Assembly (NCBI GenBank): GCA_017499595.2
Contig: CM038999.1
Location: 1,116,001-1,180,000 of the forward strand
Source: Psilocybe cubensis
Taxonomy: Eukaryota
Direction: 5' to 3'
Length of the DNA stretch: 64,000 nt
Shown here: one piece after another, positions 10,678-24,300 of the stretch
How the letters are laid out: every line of letters begins with the position of its first letter
Position numbering within the stretch: position 1 is the stretch's first letter
Program-made: the position numbers and the translations under genes
The notes under the pieces: generated by a model
What the model was told of the DNA's origin: nothing
Databases searched by the model: none
What the model saw: the letters and a program-made list of their open reading frames with translations, nothing else

Positions 10678-13318
10678 ATGGCACCTGCTCGTTCTTCTAC
10701 TCGTCGTGGGCATCCAGCCCAAGTTCCACCAGCGCCCGTGCAGAACACAGAAACAAATGACCCAAATGTCAATAAAGAACTTTTTCTTGATCCCATGCTC
10801 GGGACCCCGTTGGCGATTTACATTGAAAAGGACGTGGAGGACAAAGATGCTATTTCTCAACTTATAATCGTGAGTTTGTTGCATTAAGTTAAGCTTTGGT
10901 GCTTGTAAGACCATAACATGAAGTCGACAACTACATAGTCGATTCGGTGTCGATATTATCCTCGTAAAATCATCCAGTAGCACAGTATTAACACGCGGAT
11001 CTTCTAGAAACACGGTGGCCTCGTTTCCGCTGGATATAGTGGCGTACCATACATACTAGGTATATCTCAGTCCATTTGCATGCAAGTTTCATCCATTTTC
11101 GCCGTTAACATATCCTTCCTATGTCTCGCAGTTGATCCGCATAAAGAGTCGGGCCAAAATCTTTGGAGGCAGTATGCCGGAAAGAAGGGAAAGATCGTTC
11201 TCAATGCGACTTGGGTGCAAGAATGCGTCAAAATGAATCAACTACAGACATTCCAAAGCAATTGGGCTGGGTGCAAGGTTACTGGCACGGAGACGTATGT
11301 GATTTTTGACATCTGTAATCCTCCACTAAGCTTGGTTTGTGTACAGTGTATACCAGTCTTCAACCTCCAGGGGTTTGGATGAGGCTGCTAGCTCTTCAAC
11401 TCGGGAGATACAATCCATTCATCCCCATGCTTTACAAGCTACCATGCCACCGGTTGATCCAAATATTCACTCTTATCCCTTTCAAGTTTATGCTCCTCCG
11501 CTTCAGCCGACCCCTCCTAGGGGTATGCCTGCTGCAGGGCCATCCCAATGGCAAGTCAGTATTGCACCGGCACAGACCCACCTTCATGGCCAACCTGCAC
11601 CGTCGCAACCTCCGACCACACACCCTCATATGATTCACCGGCCGCCAACACAACCTTTAGCCCAACCTCCATCGCAACACTACCGTGAAGACGCTTGGGA
11701 TGGATACAACACCCCCGATGAAATGGCACCCCAACAGGCTACTTATGACTACCGCTATAGGGACGATCAATCTGGATGGGTCCCTGGTCCTACCCCATAT
11801 TATGAACCATCTTATGATCACAATTATGGGCAGCCCACTTATATGGAAGAGTCTGCAGGGCAATCTTCAGGCTCAAATTCAGTCACAGGACAGCCGGCCC
11901 AAATGCCTGGGTCTTCTGTTCAACCCAGCGCAGAGGCTGCTGAAAAAACGCGGGGAAGAAAACGGACACGCACACAGGCAAGTCATTATTAGATTGATGT
12001 ACGCATGAAACTGACCTTTTTGAATGTTCTAGCCTCAACCTGGAGCGTCTGCCGCGTCTTTAGTGGTAAATCGCAACCCACCTGCGCGATCACCCACGCC
12101 CCCAACTAGAGTGATAAAGAGCACTTACGGCGGCAATCTGTTCACTGCAGACGATGTGATCTACTTGAAAAAATACATCGACTATTGTCAAGATCAGTGT
12201 TTAGTTTTGAGGTTAGCTCTCTTTCGAACCCTCGATGCTGTATTGAATTGATTTACCTGAACAGTCTAAGAGAAATCTGTGAAAGGATCGCAGTCAAGGT
12301 AAGTGGTGGATTTCTATTGGGCATTATTTATATTGACGGGTTCTTCGTAGGCACCTCATCACACGTAAATTCCCTTCAGCTCTAATCAACAATTTTTGGA
12401 TATGACTAACTTTGCTTTCTTCTTCAGTTTCTACTCATGGCGTCGATATTGCAACAAACATCAGATTCGACTCGGTGGATATGCGATGAATAATGAGAGG
12501 TCCGAATCACCAAGCGTGGGCGATGACCTTAATATGGAGATGGAGGCCGAATCAACCCCTCGAGCTCAGAGTGGCAGTGGCGCGATACGATTGGATATGA
12601 ACGCAGCAAATGCCGCTGCCGCTTCTGCACCACACAGGAACAGATCTCCAACGCCTCCTAGGGCATTGTATAGGAGTACTACTGGAAAGGGCGTGGCTTT
12701 CACTCAAGAGGACGTGAATTTCTTAGTGAAATTCATGGAATACCGCAAGTGAGTTTCTCAACTTTTTTTTCATCTGTATTCTCGCCCTGATTTTGTTACA
12801 ATAGGAACCAAGGCGCGATCGATATGGTTTCCTTCTGGAAGGAGGTTGCTGCCAAGGTAAGCGGGGACAGGAATTCAATTTGTCCCGTTCGTTCAACTGA
12901 CTCTGTTTGATTGTTATTACCAGGCACCTCATCATTCTCGCGCCTCGTGGATGAAGTTCTGGCGGCGTCACAAACATGAACTGGCTCATACGGAGGGAGA
13001 TGAACCTCTTCCTGCGCCTCCTGACAAGAAGATGCGATATAGTAAAGACGATGATATCTTGCTTGCCAGGTATTTCTATAACAAACCTGATGGTACATCG
13101 GACAAGATTTTCCAGGCGTTCGGGCGGTTGGTACGTTTGACTTATTTACAATATGGCTAAATATGTGCTCGGGGTTTTTGACATTTCGCCTTCAGCATCC
13201 TCATCATCCGTGGAAGGGTTGGCAAGAACACCATCGAATACATAAAACGAAAATCGAGCACTTGATGCAGCTCATAGCCAGTGGAAGGGTCCTTACGACA
13301 CAATACGACGAAACATAG
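10678..13318 (+). CDS. Rap1-like protein: N-terminal BRCT domain plus three Rap1-type Myb/homeodomain-like repeats
   Basis: BRCT-like segment LIIKHGGLVS...ILVDP...VLNATWVQECV. Myb-like repeats FTADDVIYL...APHHTFYSWRRY, FTQEDVNFL...APHHSRASWMKFW and YSKDDDILL...HPHHPWKGWQEH. Stop TAG at 13318. Confidence 0.75.
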
Positions 13319-15648
13319 TTGCGACAACTAATTACGCGAACAAATTCTTTTCGACCTTGGGGTCTTTTTTGACGATTCTATTTTTATTGTCTTTTTATCA
13401 TTTGCTCTCTCGCTGTACATTTACCAATCATTCGCATTGCATTTCTTCATTTCCAATCCATCTGGTCGTTTCTTGACACGTGCGAACGCGGACGGGTGCC
13501 CGTGTCATGGTGCACGGCCTACAGTCCCTTGCTGTCAGCGAGTCATGGGTACATAGATCTTTCTACATTCTTGAACCCCTAATTTACTTTATTCTTCTGA
13601 TTCTTTTTTTGATTTCAAATTCCACTCGGGCATGCGGGGTAAGGCGGGGTGGCTTACTCTTTTCGGATATGTGGGTCCATTATGATTCGTCTCTGTATCA
13701 ATTGGTTCAGCGAGCTAACTATCTTTTGCTAGATAGATACGCCTTTTTGTGAGCAGATGCGTCACATCGTGTTTGCATACAATGCCTCTAAACAATATTT
13801 CAATTTTCATACCTGTTTTTAATGTCTATCTCCTTAATCTTGGGTCGTTGATGCATGAATCATCTAGGCAGCCCCGGTTTCATCGTCCAAAATTTTCATC
13901 GGAGTATGACGCACTGCTAGTGGAATGTCATCTTGAAAATATAAATCGACATTGAACAGTGTTGTAGTGGCGTGGACATTTCATATAACAGTATGGCACC
14001 GAGCAGCCAGTCAAACACAAAGCAACGGTATCTCCCTTCGTGGACATATGACACAATAGGGGTAACTATAAATAGCCTGGTATTATTTTAGTGCTTTAGA
14101 GGAGTTTGTCTAGGCTTGCCTACAAATGCAGTTCAACGGCTTGTCCGTTTTGAACTGTTATTTATTGATGTGAGCACCTTTGTATTTCAGGCCATACCTA
14201 CTGATCCATGATCTGATTACAAGATTTGCGTCTCGTCCACTAGGCTTATAGTTGAATGACTCACTTCGCGGGAATTGATGCCTGCCAGTCACTACGTGTG
14301 TCGAAGACGTGTCATTTCTACACACTGACCGCTAAACATTGTCCATGGCGGTATGTCGAAAGAAGTGAAAGTGACGCGAAGTGAAGGCGACGCGACAGTC
14401 TTATCAGCTTTCAGCATAACCTCAGCTTAAGTTGAGTCTCCCTGAGCCGGTTCAAATCCTATGGTTCACCGGACTTCAATCAACGTGCATATGGCTCTGA
14501 CGAAGTCGTACTTACCGCAATACCGGTGCCTACAAGATATCTCCTCGGTATGATTGTTGAACTGTCGTTCATCTAAGATGGGTGCGTACCCGAGATGTAA
14601 TCATCAGCTTTCTGGTCTTATCGTCAGCGGGAGGTTCAGGATCCCGATGCCCAAAGGTAGTGATACATCATGCCAATGCTTTACGGCCGAAATGGTTCTG
14701 CTGGAATTAACTCCAACTTATGTGCGCTTTACCATTGCGAGTATAAATGAGTCATTTAGAACGTTCGAACACCTGGAAGGGGATATTTATTAGCGCCCAT
14801 GGTAGGGTGACTATGTAAGCACCGACAACTTCCGTTTGGCTCCATGGTACAAGTTAACACTTGAGTGCGACATTTATTCATCGTGTGGGTTGTAATCGCG
14901 CTAGGATGGGACATCATAGATTACGCTTGCGTGCTTGCACACAACGTGGTACCTCTGCTGAGTCTGGTGGACTCGTGATTTATTGAGTATAATCGTTCCA
15001 ATTTGGCAGCCATGATTACTCTGGCTAGCTCGACCTCCGAACTGAACCGCGACGACCAGGATAGTATCATCATAAATACGTTTGATGCTTTTCTAGGTTG
15101 TCAGCCATCAGTGAACTCGTCCCACGCCCTTTGCCATGTCAACAGCAATATATGGTCCTTCTCTGGTTCTACTTTACAGGTCAAGTCTTGTTTCGGGAGC
15201 TACTATGAGATTGCATGCGATAACGCGTCTTTTATCATTCAACGTCCTCATGGCGTGGTAAAGGATGTTCGGACATTTGACCTTGAAAGCGTTGAGGCGC
15301 TATTAAATATAGATGCTTCCTGGGACAATTGGTCTATAAAATGGTCACCCCATCAGCTTAATCACACTTTCTGTTTTCAAATTTAAGAAAACGGGGGCTA
15401 GACTATGCCTAATCTCACCACGCACACACACACACGCTACAACTATTTCTTGCAATAATACTTCTCAGAACCAACGAATTCCGCTTTGCACGCAGTAACA
15501 CATGTCGAAAATAACGGGATTTCATTCTGAGACGATTGTCAATAATGTTACATGTTGTACTGATAGTTGGCTAATACACTGAGATTTAAATAGTGACTAA
15601 CTTCCTAATACCCCACAGAAAGTGAAAAAACAAATGATCTATAAAACA

Positions 15649-18081
15649 TTAGAGGTTGGAGATTGATGGCAGCCCACCAATACTGCTATGTGTGATCCAG
15701 ATCATGCCAGCTTCCAATACACCTGTCTTGATGTCCACTCCCATATCCAAAAAAATATATACACCATTTAAGAATTGAGGAAGCTGATGGACAATTTCTA
15801 TTACTGGATTCGATCTGTCAAATCGCAGTGGGAATTTTTGCACGTTCATTCTGAAAATGATAGGGAAAAAGGAATGTCGGTGTGACTGTACTTTTTCAGG
15901 AGATGAAGATATTCATCAAATTCTGCCAATCATATCATAGAAGATGCCGGTTTATGAAAGACATGTCGCCCTCTTATCCCCTCCATTTTCTCAGTTAATG
16001 ACTCACTTTGCCATTCCGTAAGACACTGTACTCGATAACGCGAGTACGAGACAATAATGAAAGCAATCATATGACTATATAATGAATATATACACTAGCA
16101 TCTGGACATCACCTTGGGCGCTACTACGCTCACAGGCTAGTAAGGTTTTTTAATCAGAAGAAGTCAACTACCTGTTCGCAGAAGTAGCATTTATTTCAAG
16201 GTGGCTTAAAATAAACGAGTGAGAGGGAGTCAGGGACTATCACAATCCGATACGAGGACATGAATGATAGTTACTCACGAAGCATGATATCGAAGGCCCA
16301 TTATCAGTTAGTCTCTCCTAGACAGACCACGATAATCGGTTAATCGAATATGTTCAAATATAGTCATTGCTATGCCATTCTGGGTCGGAGTGCGACGGCG
16401 GGGGGTTACTTTATTCAAAGTAGAACTGACTTTGGCTTACCGCATATCTGGATTGCAGAGGATCGAAGTGGCGGTCCTATTACACTCCATTACGAGGGAT
16501 TGCGCTATCATTTTCGCGCATACGGCTAATCTCAGACTTGAACCGCGTCGAAAAGGTATGATCGACTAGTACGCGACTCTTATGATGACGTTGAATAACG
16601 ATATTAGTTCTCCTTAAAAAGCTAATGAATTGGGCTGGCTCGCTCTATGAAAAGATTTACCGTGAAGCAAGGCGCATCCCTCGCAGTCCATATCAGTCGT
16701 ATATGGCACAACTGCTGCAAGCACAGCTCTATTTTAATCTCAATCAACGATTCTCCGTTCCGTGTCCCTTTTCCGTGTCCCAAACACTCCGAGGGACACC
16801 GCGATTTGTCACTTAAAGTGCAAACGCGCTGTGGACGGTCCATATCAGTGAGCTTAACGTCATATAGACTCCACCGTTTTTATCACCATTTCAAGGGGGA
16901 GGCACATTGGTTTCTCTGGCTTTCTCCAAATTTATCGGAGAGACTGAGGTACTATGCGATGTGCTCATGTATTTGACTTTCGGCCAGAGATAGGACCTCA
17001 GCATCTCTGCCCAACTTGTATATGGATTCGGCAAAGAAAGGTGTGGATATTAAGTAAATTAATTTGCCAGGTCCAGCACTCCGGTCCTTTGAGTAAAGTT
17101 GCTTGATGGTCCCCGACTGAACACTTACGTATTAGGACTAAATGCGCATGGTATGGATCCGGACCCACAACTTGGGCAACTTTGTTGAATGAATGAATAC
17201 TCGTAGCTGTTTCATGGCGAACAAGGCGCTTGTAGATAGGCTGTAGATGTTCAATACAGTTAATTAATCTTGGAACATCCTGGTCTACGGGCATCATTAT
17301 GATCGGTACATAATTTCCCAACACACTGGAGTGAAGCTACCTTGCAAATTCTACATAGACAACGTGTTTATTGACCTGACAGCACAAAGGATGGTTCATA
17401 TGCGACGGATCATCACAACGAGAGAATGCTGTGCCGACGTGGAGGTTTCAGATACCGGGCATCGGGCGTTGAGAGGTCGTGATATGCGCTGATGATGCGC
17501 CGTAGAGTGCCTTGTTCAAGCGGAGAGGAGAAATCTCGGTCAGTTGGGCGGGAGACGCAGTTAGGAGACGCCGGTGCTCGGTTGAGGGGGCGGCGGCGGC
17601 GGCGGGGCAAGGCCGCCCTGATCGCGGCGTGGGGGTGCCCTTGCGTCTGCGTCTAAGTGCCCCGAAATTTACCGATGTCAATAGTAAAGTACAACACCGT
17701 CCGGGAGAAGCTTACATACTTCACATTGACAGGAAGGAAAATGGTAAGAGGCATTTTTCCACCGCCGGGGCCACACTTGATCTCAACAGTCCGTTTTTGC
17801 GGGGACGCGATAAATTTAGAACGGAGCAATGTGAAGCGCCCAGAGAAGCAACAAGCCGGTCGGGCGCTCTGTACTACACCCACAATGACTGTACACCAAC
17901 ATTGCCTGTTGACATTGTGCTCTAATCACCTTGTCCGCATTGAATTTAGCAACCAACTTGCAGGCCACTTACATAGCTGAGGCTGAGGTCCGTCGATTAT
18001 CATATGATGGATGGTATTGATATCGATGATCCTCCCTTCCTATTTCGCACACTCGCCGCCCGCGAAGGCCTTTGGAGGGCA
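15649..18081 (-). pseudogene. Degenerate multi-exon gene or spliced non-coding transcript of unknown family
   Basis: A series of canonical minus-strand donor/acceptor pairs. The last exons join in frame (EFDEYLHLLKK|MNVQKFPLRF...ISNL*), but middle exons carry in-frame stops (e.g. VYVEFAR*LHSSVLG). Confidence 0.3.
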
Positions 18082-21000
18082 TTTTATCGCCCTTCATCAT
18101 CCCTGGATGATATTCTGAGTTTGTGGACGTTCTATCAGACCCGACTCTCGAAATCAGAGCTAGACGAAGCATGCAGGTGAAGTTTGGCAGAGTTGTTCCA
18201 AATTATTGGGAAAAGATGAGAGCCGCGCTGGAAGGGCTTTGAGAGTCTGATGATATGAAGGGCTTTGAGGGAAATAAAGTCTGCTTTGAGAGGAAGAGAG
18301 ATAACAAAAGAGAAGCGAGCGAGGCACTCATGATGGATTATGAACCGGTGTCGGATTTCAAGAGACCCTATCAACCTGAGCAGCGGTACGTGGGTGGGTC
18401 GTAATCTATACAAAGTCGACAGGCGCAAGTACGTGCATGTTTACTACAAGGGTACCGTACCTCAGGTGACGGATACCTTACTTTAGGCCGTGCCTCGAGC
18501 CGGTGGTGATTAAAAAATCCCGCTACGCATTTACGAGTAGATAACAAAAAGGTCTCGAATGGTGCGCATGAACTGGGTATCAATACTTGAGCAAAATTCA
18601 ATGAGCAGAGTGAGCACCCTTTCCGGTGGCCTCAGCTAACCCCCCACAATAATATATATTCAGGACTTGCATCCGTTAACCCGTTTGAGTCGTTTCCGTC
18701 TGATCCATCTGATGCTGATGCTATTAGTGCATATATGTCTGTTTTTTTCAAATACCTTGCGAATAAAGCTACCGTTGCCATTCAATGACGCCAGAGCGCC
18801 AAGCCAAGCCGAACGACGGGGAAGCCTACCGCCAAGGAATCAACACGGGGTCTGGAGCGTCGCGAGTCGCGCGACGCGTTGTTTGCCTGCAGTGATAAAT
18901 TGGTTTTTGTGTTCTACAGAGAATTTCGGACGATGAGATGAGAGGCACTCTGTTTTTCCTTTGAATACAGGTACATTTGTTATGAAATGGATGTTTAAAC
19001 CTTTCAAGAGTTGAACTTTATGTTGTTGAAGATCTGTTCAAGAGCCGCGAGTGACGAATGCGTGCAATGGCCATCGCGCGCGCACGCCACATTACATGGC
19101 CTCTGCGACGGTTGAGCGGAATGTAACTCTGCAAAGGCGCACAGGAGATGTATGCAAAAAAGACACTTGGACCCACTACGCATAACAGTTTCAGACGTCT
19201 CAGCAGAACGCAACGCCTTGAAACCCCGTCTTACTAGTGCACCCGCCTCTTCAGACCTGAAACCTACCCCCGACACCTTGCATAGGAGTCAGCCGTCAGT
19301 CTAACACCTCTTCATCAGCCCTTCACCCTCTAGAGTCGCTCATCGATGACTCGATGGCTCTGGAGTGAAAGCCTGAAACTGAGCCTTAGCTAACGAGTTA
19401 CTCCTATCCTAGGCGTGAAGTGTATTAGAGTGTATTTGGTGGTCATGGTGGCCGGTCATAACCAACCATGTGCGAGACATGTGCCTCATATTTGCAAATT
19501 TATTGGTGGAGGACAAGTACGACCCAAAGTAATCGATCGAGTTTTTGTGTATTTCGTCAGATTGCATCGTGAACTGCTTCATTTTGTTACTTGTACGATC
19601 GGACGGGTATTTCAGAGTTCGGATGTTTTAGTGGTATGGATTTTTTTTGCGACTTCAGGGGAGAAAGAGTGAAAGAGAACGAAGGAAAATAAAACGGCCA
19701 ATGAAGGGCATGAATGCTAGTTAGTTTGAGCCTCTTTGCCAGGTTACATTAGCGCGATTGAACCTTGCAAGTATAATGAGTAAAATGGACCGGAAAAGCC
19801 TAAGGGAACGCCCCTCGGCGAGTCGGTGTGGGCTCGGTGGGAGAAATGGCGCCGGCAATGTCAAGCTTGCATTTAGAATAAAGCAACACATAAATTGTAC
19901 GTAGGTATTACCTAGGACCGGGCAAGGGCGGCGATCTAGAGCTTTAGGATAGCGCAAGTTGATAGAAACGGACGAGCGCAGTTAAAATCTTGACGACGCT
20001 GCGCCGCTGGAGCGCATTCTTGTGGCTGAGTGTTGACGAGTTTAGAACAAGACCACTGGTTGGTCGCTGGGGACTTCCGGGGGGTATGTGAATTTGAGTG
20101 GCCTGCGCAGTGCGTATACAGTTTGGGAAGTGGTGGGCTCTTCTGAGGTAGCTAGGTAGGAAAAGGCAAATTATAGGCCACGCCGCAAATCCTCACAGCT
20201 AGAACGCCTTTGTCTAATTGAAAGCCGAATGTTTTCAGGTTGGAGCAATAGTAAAAACAAATGAATGACTTGTTTGAGAACCGAACATAAAGGAAGATTC
20301 CTTTTAGCTTTGTTTAGAGTTGGCAGCGTGCACTATGTACATTAAGATCTTTCATAAAACGCAGAGGACGTCACTGGCAGAGTCCAGTGCGTTGAATGCC
20401 GATATCGGAGTGAGATCATCGGAAGGACTAGAAGATGCTCAACGGAAAGCTCAAGTGAAATGAGCACCCAGATTTGTCGCGTCTATAGGGCCCTATAGCA
20501 CGCGACAGGAGAATAAGAAGAAAGAAGAGACGCGAAGCGCTGCGCGTATACACGATGTGGAGTTGCAGTTGCGGTGGTGTCGATAAACTGGACTCGCACG
20601 CGTGTTCGTAGGATTACCTGGATATCTCATTCCCCGACAAGGATACCGCCAGGGGAGATGAGACGAGCAGGTGTGTGAGGAAAACACTGAAATTAGATCT
20701 GGACAAAAATATCAGAAATAGGAATCAGGATTGACCCCATCAGGGAGCCCGGGAGTATGTTCGGTCGAGGCCGCGAGGGAGCCGTGTGGCAGATGTATAA
20801 ATACTAGAGTGTCTGTATGTTGTTTATATTGCGGCAGATCTGGTGAATCTGGAGAGATGATGTGATCGGGAGCGAGGCGTACCAGAAGGACGACGAAACT
20901 GGCGGTGTGATGATGGGGGTTGTGCAGAGGAGCAAGGCTATGTTTTAGAGATAAGTTTTGGTAGATAGGATGGTAGAGGGCGGGGAGAGGGTTGAGTGCG

Positions 21001-21375
21001 CTGTGGGAGAAGTGGAGTTTAGCGAGCAGTAAATGGACACGAGGGAGAGCAGATCTGCCGGGAATCGGGTATCAAAATGAGGCTTATATTCTGCAGAGAG
21101 CTGTGGATAGTTGTACTAGGATTATGGACGAGTATGAGTCCACGATTTGTGTGTTTCTAGCGTCTATTACTATTGTTATGTCGCAGGTCAAGTCGCTCAG
21201 CGAACAATAGAAATAGGAAATCGCACATTCGGACGTGTTTGATTTGGATGTCGGAGTTTGAAACTGAAGCGAGCCAAGTTGATCTTGGATTTGTGATCTC
21301 AACTACAACGCTCTTATCCTTCTAACAAGTCTTCCTCCCCTTCTTCCACCACACACGTCCCCCGTCCCCAATACT

Positions 21376-24300
21376 ATGGCCTCCGGCGCAGGCCGCAAAA
21401 AGTCCATCGTATCCACCACAGGGCTCCAAATCGACACCAACGCCAACACCCTCCTCAACAAATCTGCCTCACAGTCCACCTCCCTCTACCAGCAATGCTC
21501 CGCCCTCAGAACTAGACTCCTCAGAATTCGCGGCTTCGCCCAATACTTCAACAACACCTCCTCAGACTCACGGCAGTCCACAGACCCAGTAACCCAGCTC
21601 TGGGACCTCTTCTCCACTGGCACTCCGCTATGCTATATCTTCGATCAGCTTCCTGAGGAGGCTGGCTTCAAGAAGCTCAACAACTCCACCTTTGACCAGG
21701 AAAAGTTTGAAGCAAACCCTGATAGGGCCAAGAAACATGCTATTGCCCTCTTCGCCATGCAGATTCGAGCAGACAAGGTCATGCAGGAGATTCCGGGGTG
21801 CGAGTTGTTCACCGTTACGGACCTTTGGGACCGGAACTCGACAGACGGTTTGGTCAAGGTGAGTTGCGGTGCCTCTTTGTTCCGTGTGCCATTACGCTTA
21901 CATCTTGATCCAGGTAATCAACACCGTCACCGCTATTGTAGACCACCTTCCCCCGGATGCCTTTGAGGAATCCCCGCCGTCCCCACACTCCCTGCAGGAG
22001 AATGGTTCCACAGAGTCTCTCAACGACACACTGGTGTCGTCAGTCATCAACACCCCCAAGGGCTCCGCGCAGACAAACATCATTCGAGAGATGGTAGAAA
22101 CGGAGCGTAAATACGTGCAGGACCTAGAGATTATGCAGGTGCGTCCATCCATAATTTTTCGTGTTTGAGTTACCCGCCGACCTCGGTATTTCCAGAAATA
22201 CTCCAACGCTCTTTCGCAAGCCAATCTCATGGACCAGGATACTATCCACCTCCTGTTCCCAAATCTGAACAAGCTTCTAAATTTCCAGCGCAAGTTCCTC
22301 ATCCGGCTGGAGAGCACAGCGGAGATGCCATGGCAAGAACAACGATGGGGTCAGCATTTCCTAGAAAGCGTGAGTCGGCTCATTCTTCCCATGTACTCTA
22401 TCTGGACTTCCCATTGTTGCTGGTTGCTCAATTACTTGCTTCTATCCCCATCCTCACTTTCCCATTATAGGAAAACGAATTCATTGTTTATGAGCCGTAC
22501 TGTGCCAACTACACGAATGCTACAGAGCTTATGCTCGCTAATGAGCAAAACCTAGTGGTGAGTCAACCGCCGCTGTTCCTCCTTCATGTTTCCTGGGTTG
22601 GCTGCCTTGGTTCAGTTTCACACGAGCTGCCACAGCCATCACCCTGACAACTCTCTCTCGGCAACTTCCGATTGCTTACCAAATATATGTCAACAGCCTC
22701 TGAACCATTTGATCAATGTCAAAGGCGAGCTGCCCGGTTTGCTTATCAAACCGATCCAGCGCATTTGCAAGTATCCCCTCCTCCTTGACGTACGTCTATT
22801 CCGCCTTTCCATCGCAACTGTCCTCTGACACGCCATTTAGTCTCTTATCAAAGCCTGTTCGCCGTCGACTTACGATCATTATGACGAGTTGAAGCGTGGC
22901 TCAGAAGCGGCTAAGCGCATAACGGACAAGATCAATGAGGCACAAAGGCGCGCCGAAAACGAGCAAACTGTCAAAAGTCTGCAATCTAGAATCGACGACT
23001 GGAAGGGCCATCACCTAGAAAACTTTGGCGAACTTCTCCTCGACGATGTGTTTGTGGTGACCAAATCCGACATTGATCGGGAATATCACGTATTCTTGTT
23101 CGAACGCATAATTCTCTGCTGCAAGGAGGCAAGCCCCAATCAGCCAACCAAAGGCGGAAAGGGTATCAACAAAAACGGTTCAATTCTCAAGAAGCCTGTA
23201 CCACTCGCGCTACCAGGCGGCAATGGGACACCGCAGAAAAATACACCTCTTCTGTTGAAAGGGCGTATCTTCCTCGGTAACGTTACTCAAGCTATCCCTG
23301 TTCCAGCACGAGCGTCTCCGAGTGAGTGCTTTTCTTTTTTCCTTATTGTTCTGTTTCATTGTATTGCTGCCGATACTGATGCCTAATCTCTAGCAATCGG
23401 TGTTGCCACTCAATATCCACTTGCCGTGTGGTGGAAGGGCGATGATGATCTAGAATATTTCACTTTGCGATGCCGCCATGAAGATCAAATGCGGCAATGG
23501 GAAGCGACGATTAATCGTCTCATCAAGGAGGCCGCGCAGAGACGCGCGTCCGAACGTGCTGGCTCAGGTATGTCGCGTATCGTCACCGCCAACAGCACGA
23601 ATCCTGCCCATGCGAGAATGGTCAACTCCCACTATTCATCGACTTCAACCGCACCCGTATCCGTCTATTCACAGTCACAACCACAATCTTCCCAACCTTC
23701 TATTCGATCTCGCCCCAGTTACACTAGCTATGACTATGACGACCAGACTGCCTTTTCAAGCAACACTAATTCGACATATGGCGGTGGGCCGAAAGGGTAC
23801 CCGCCACATGATGGTTTCGATTTCGAGCCAGATGAAGATGAACTCGAGGATTATCCTCCCGCTTCGATAGCTTCATCTGGACGTGGAACACCGGTTGGTT
23901 CGCGCAGGACACCAAATGCGTTTAGCATGCCTCCAGAGCGCGAGTCAACTGCGGGATACGACAGAACGGTGCGAGCACAGACTGAAGGCACAGACGGCCC
24001 GAATATGGCTCAATGGAGAGCAAATGGTCTGCCTCCCCTCCCCTCAGCCTCGGTTGTTTCTCCGAATGGGCATATACGCCCAATCACACCTCGTGTACCC
24101 TCAAGTTCTAATATGAGCGCCAACAGCTACGCCTCCGATGCTAGCTTTGGAACGGGTGTTCCCCGATCATCCACTGGACGGCCGCCGCTGCGAAGTCAGT
24201 TTAGCTCGTCGCGTCTGAAGAGCGGGTATGAGAGTCCGAATAGCGTGAATGGAATGCCTACTAGGGGACGGGCGGTGACGCCAACGCTGAATGTGAACAA

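Noticed and set aside
16647-16976. ORF ending CSCI as a possible CaaX pheromone precursor
   Set aside because: Too long, non-ATG start, lacks the typical pheromone processing context, and no STE3 receptor genes are in the window.
13400-21300. Telomerase RNA or telomeric repeats near the Rap1-like gene
   Set aside because: No convincing 1.5-repeat CCCTAA template or TTAGGG array was found by eye.
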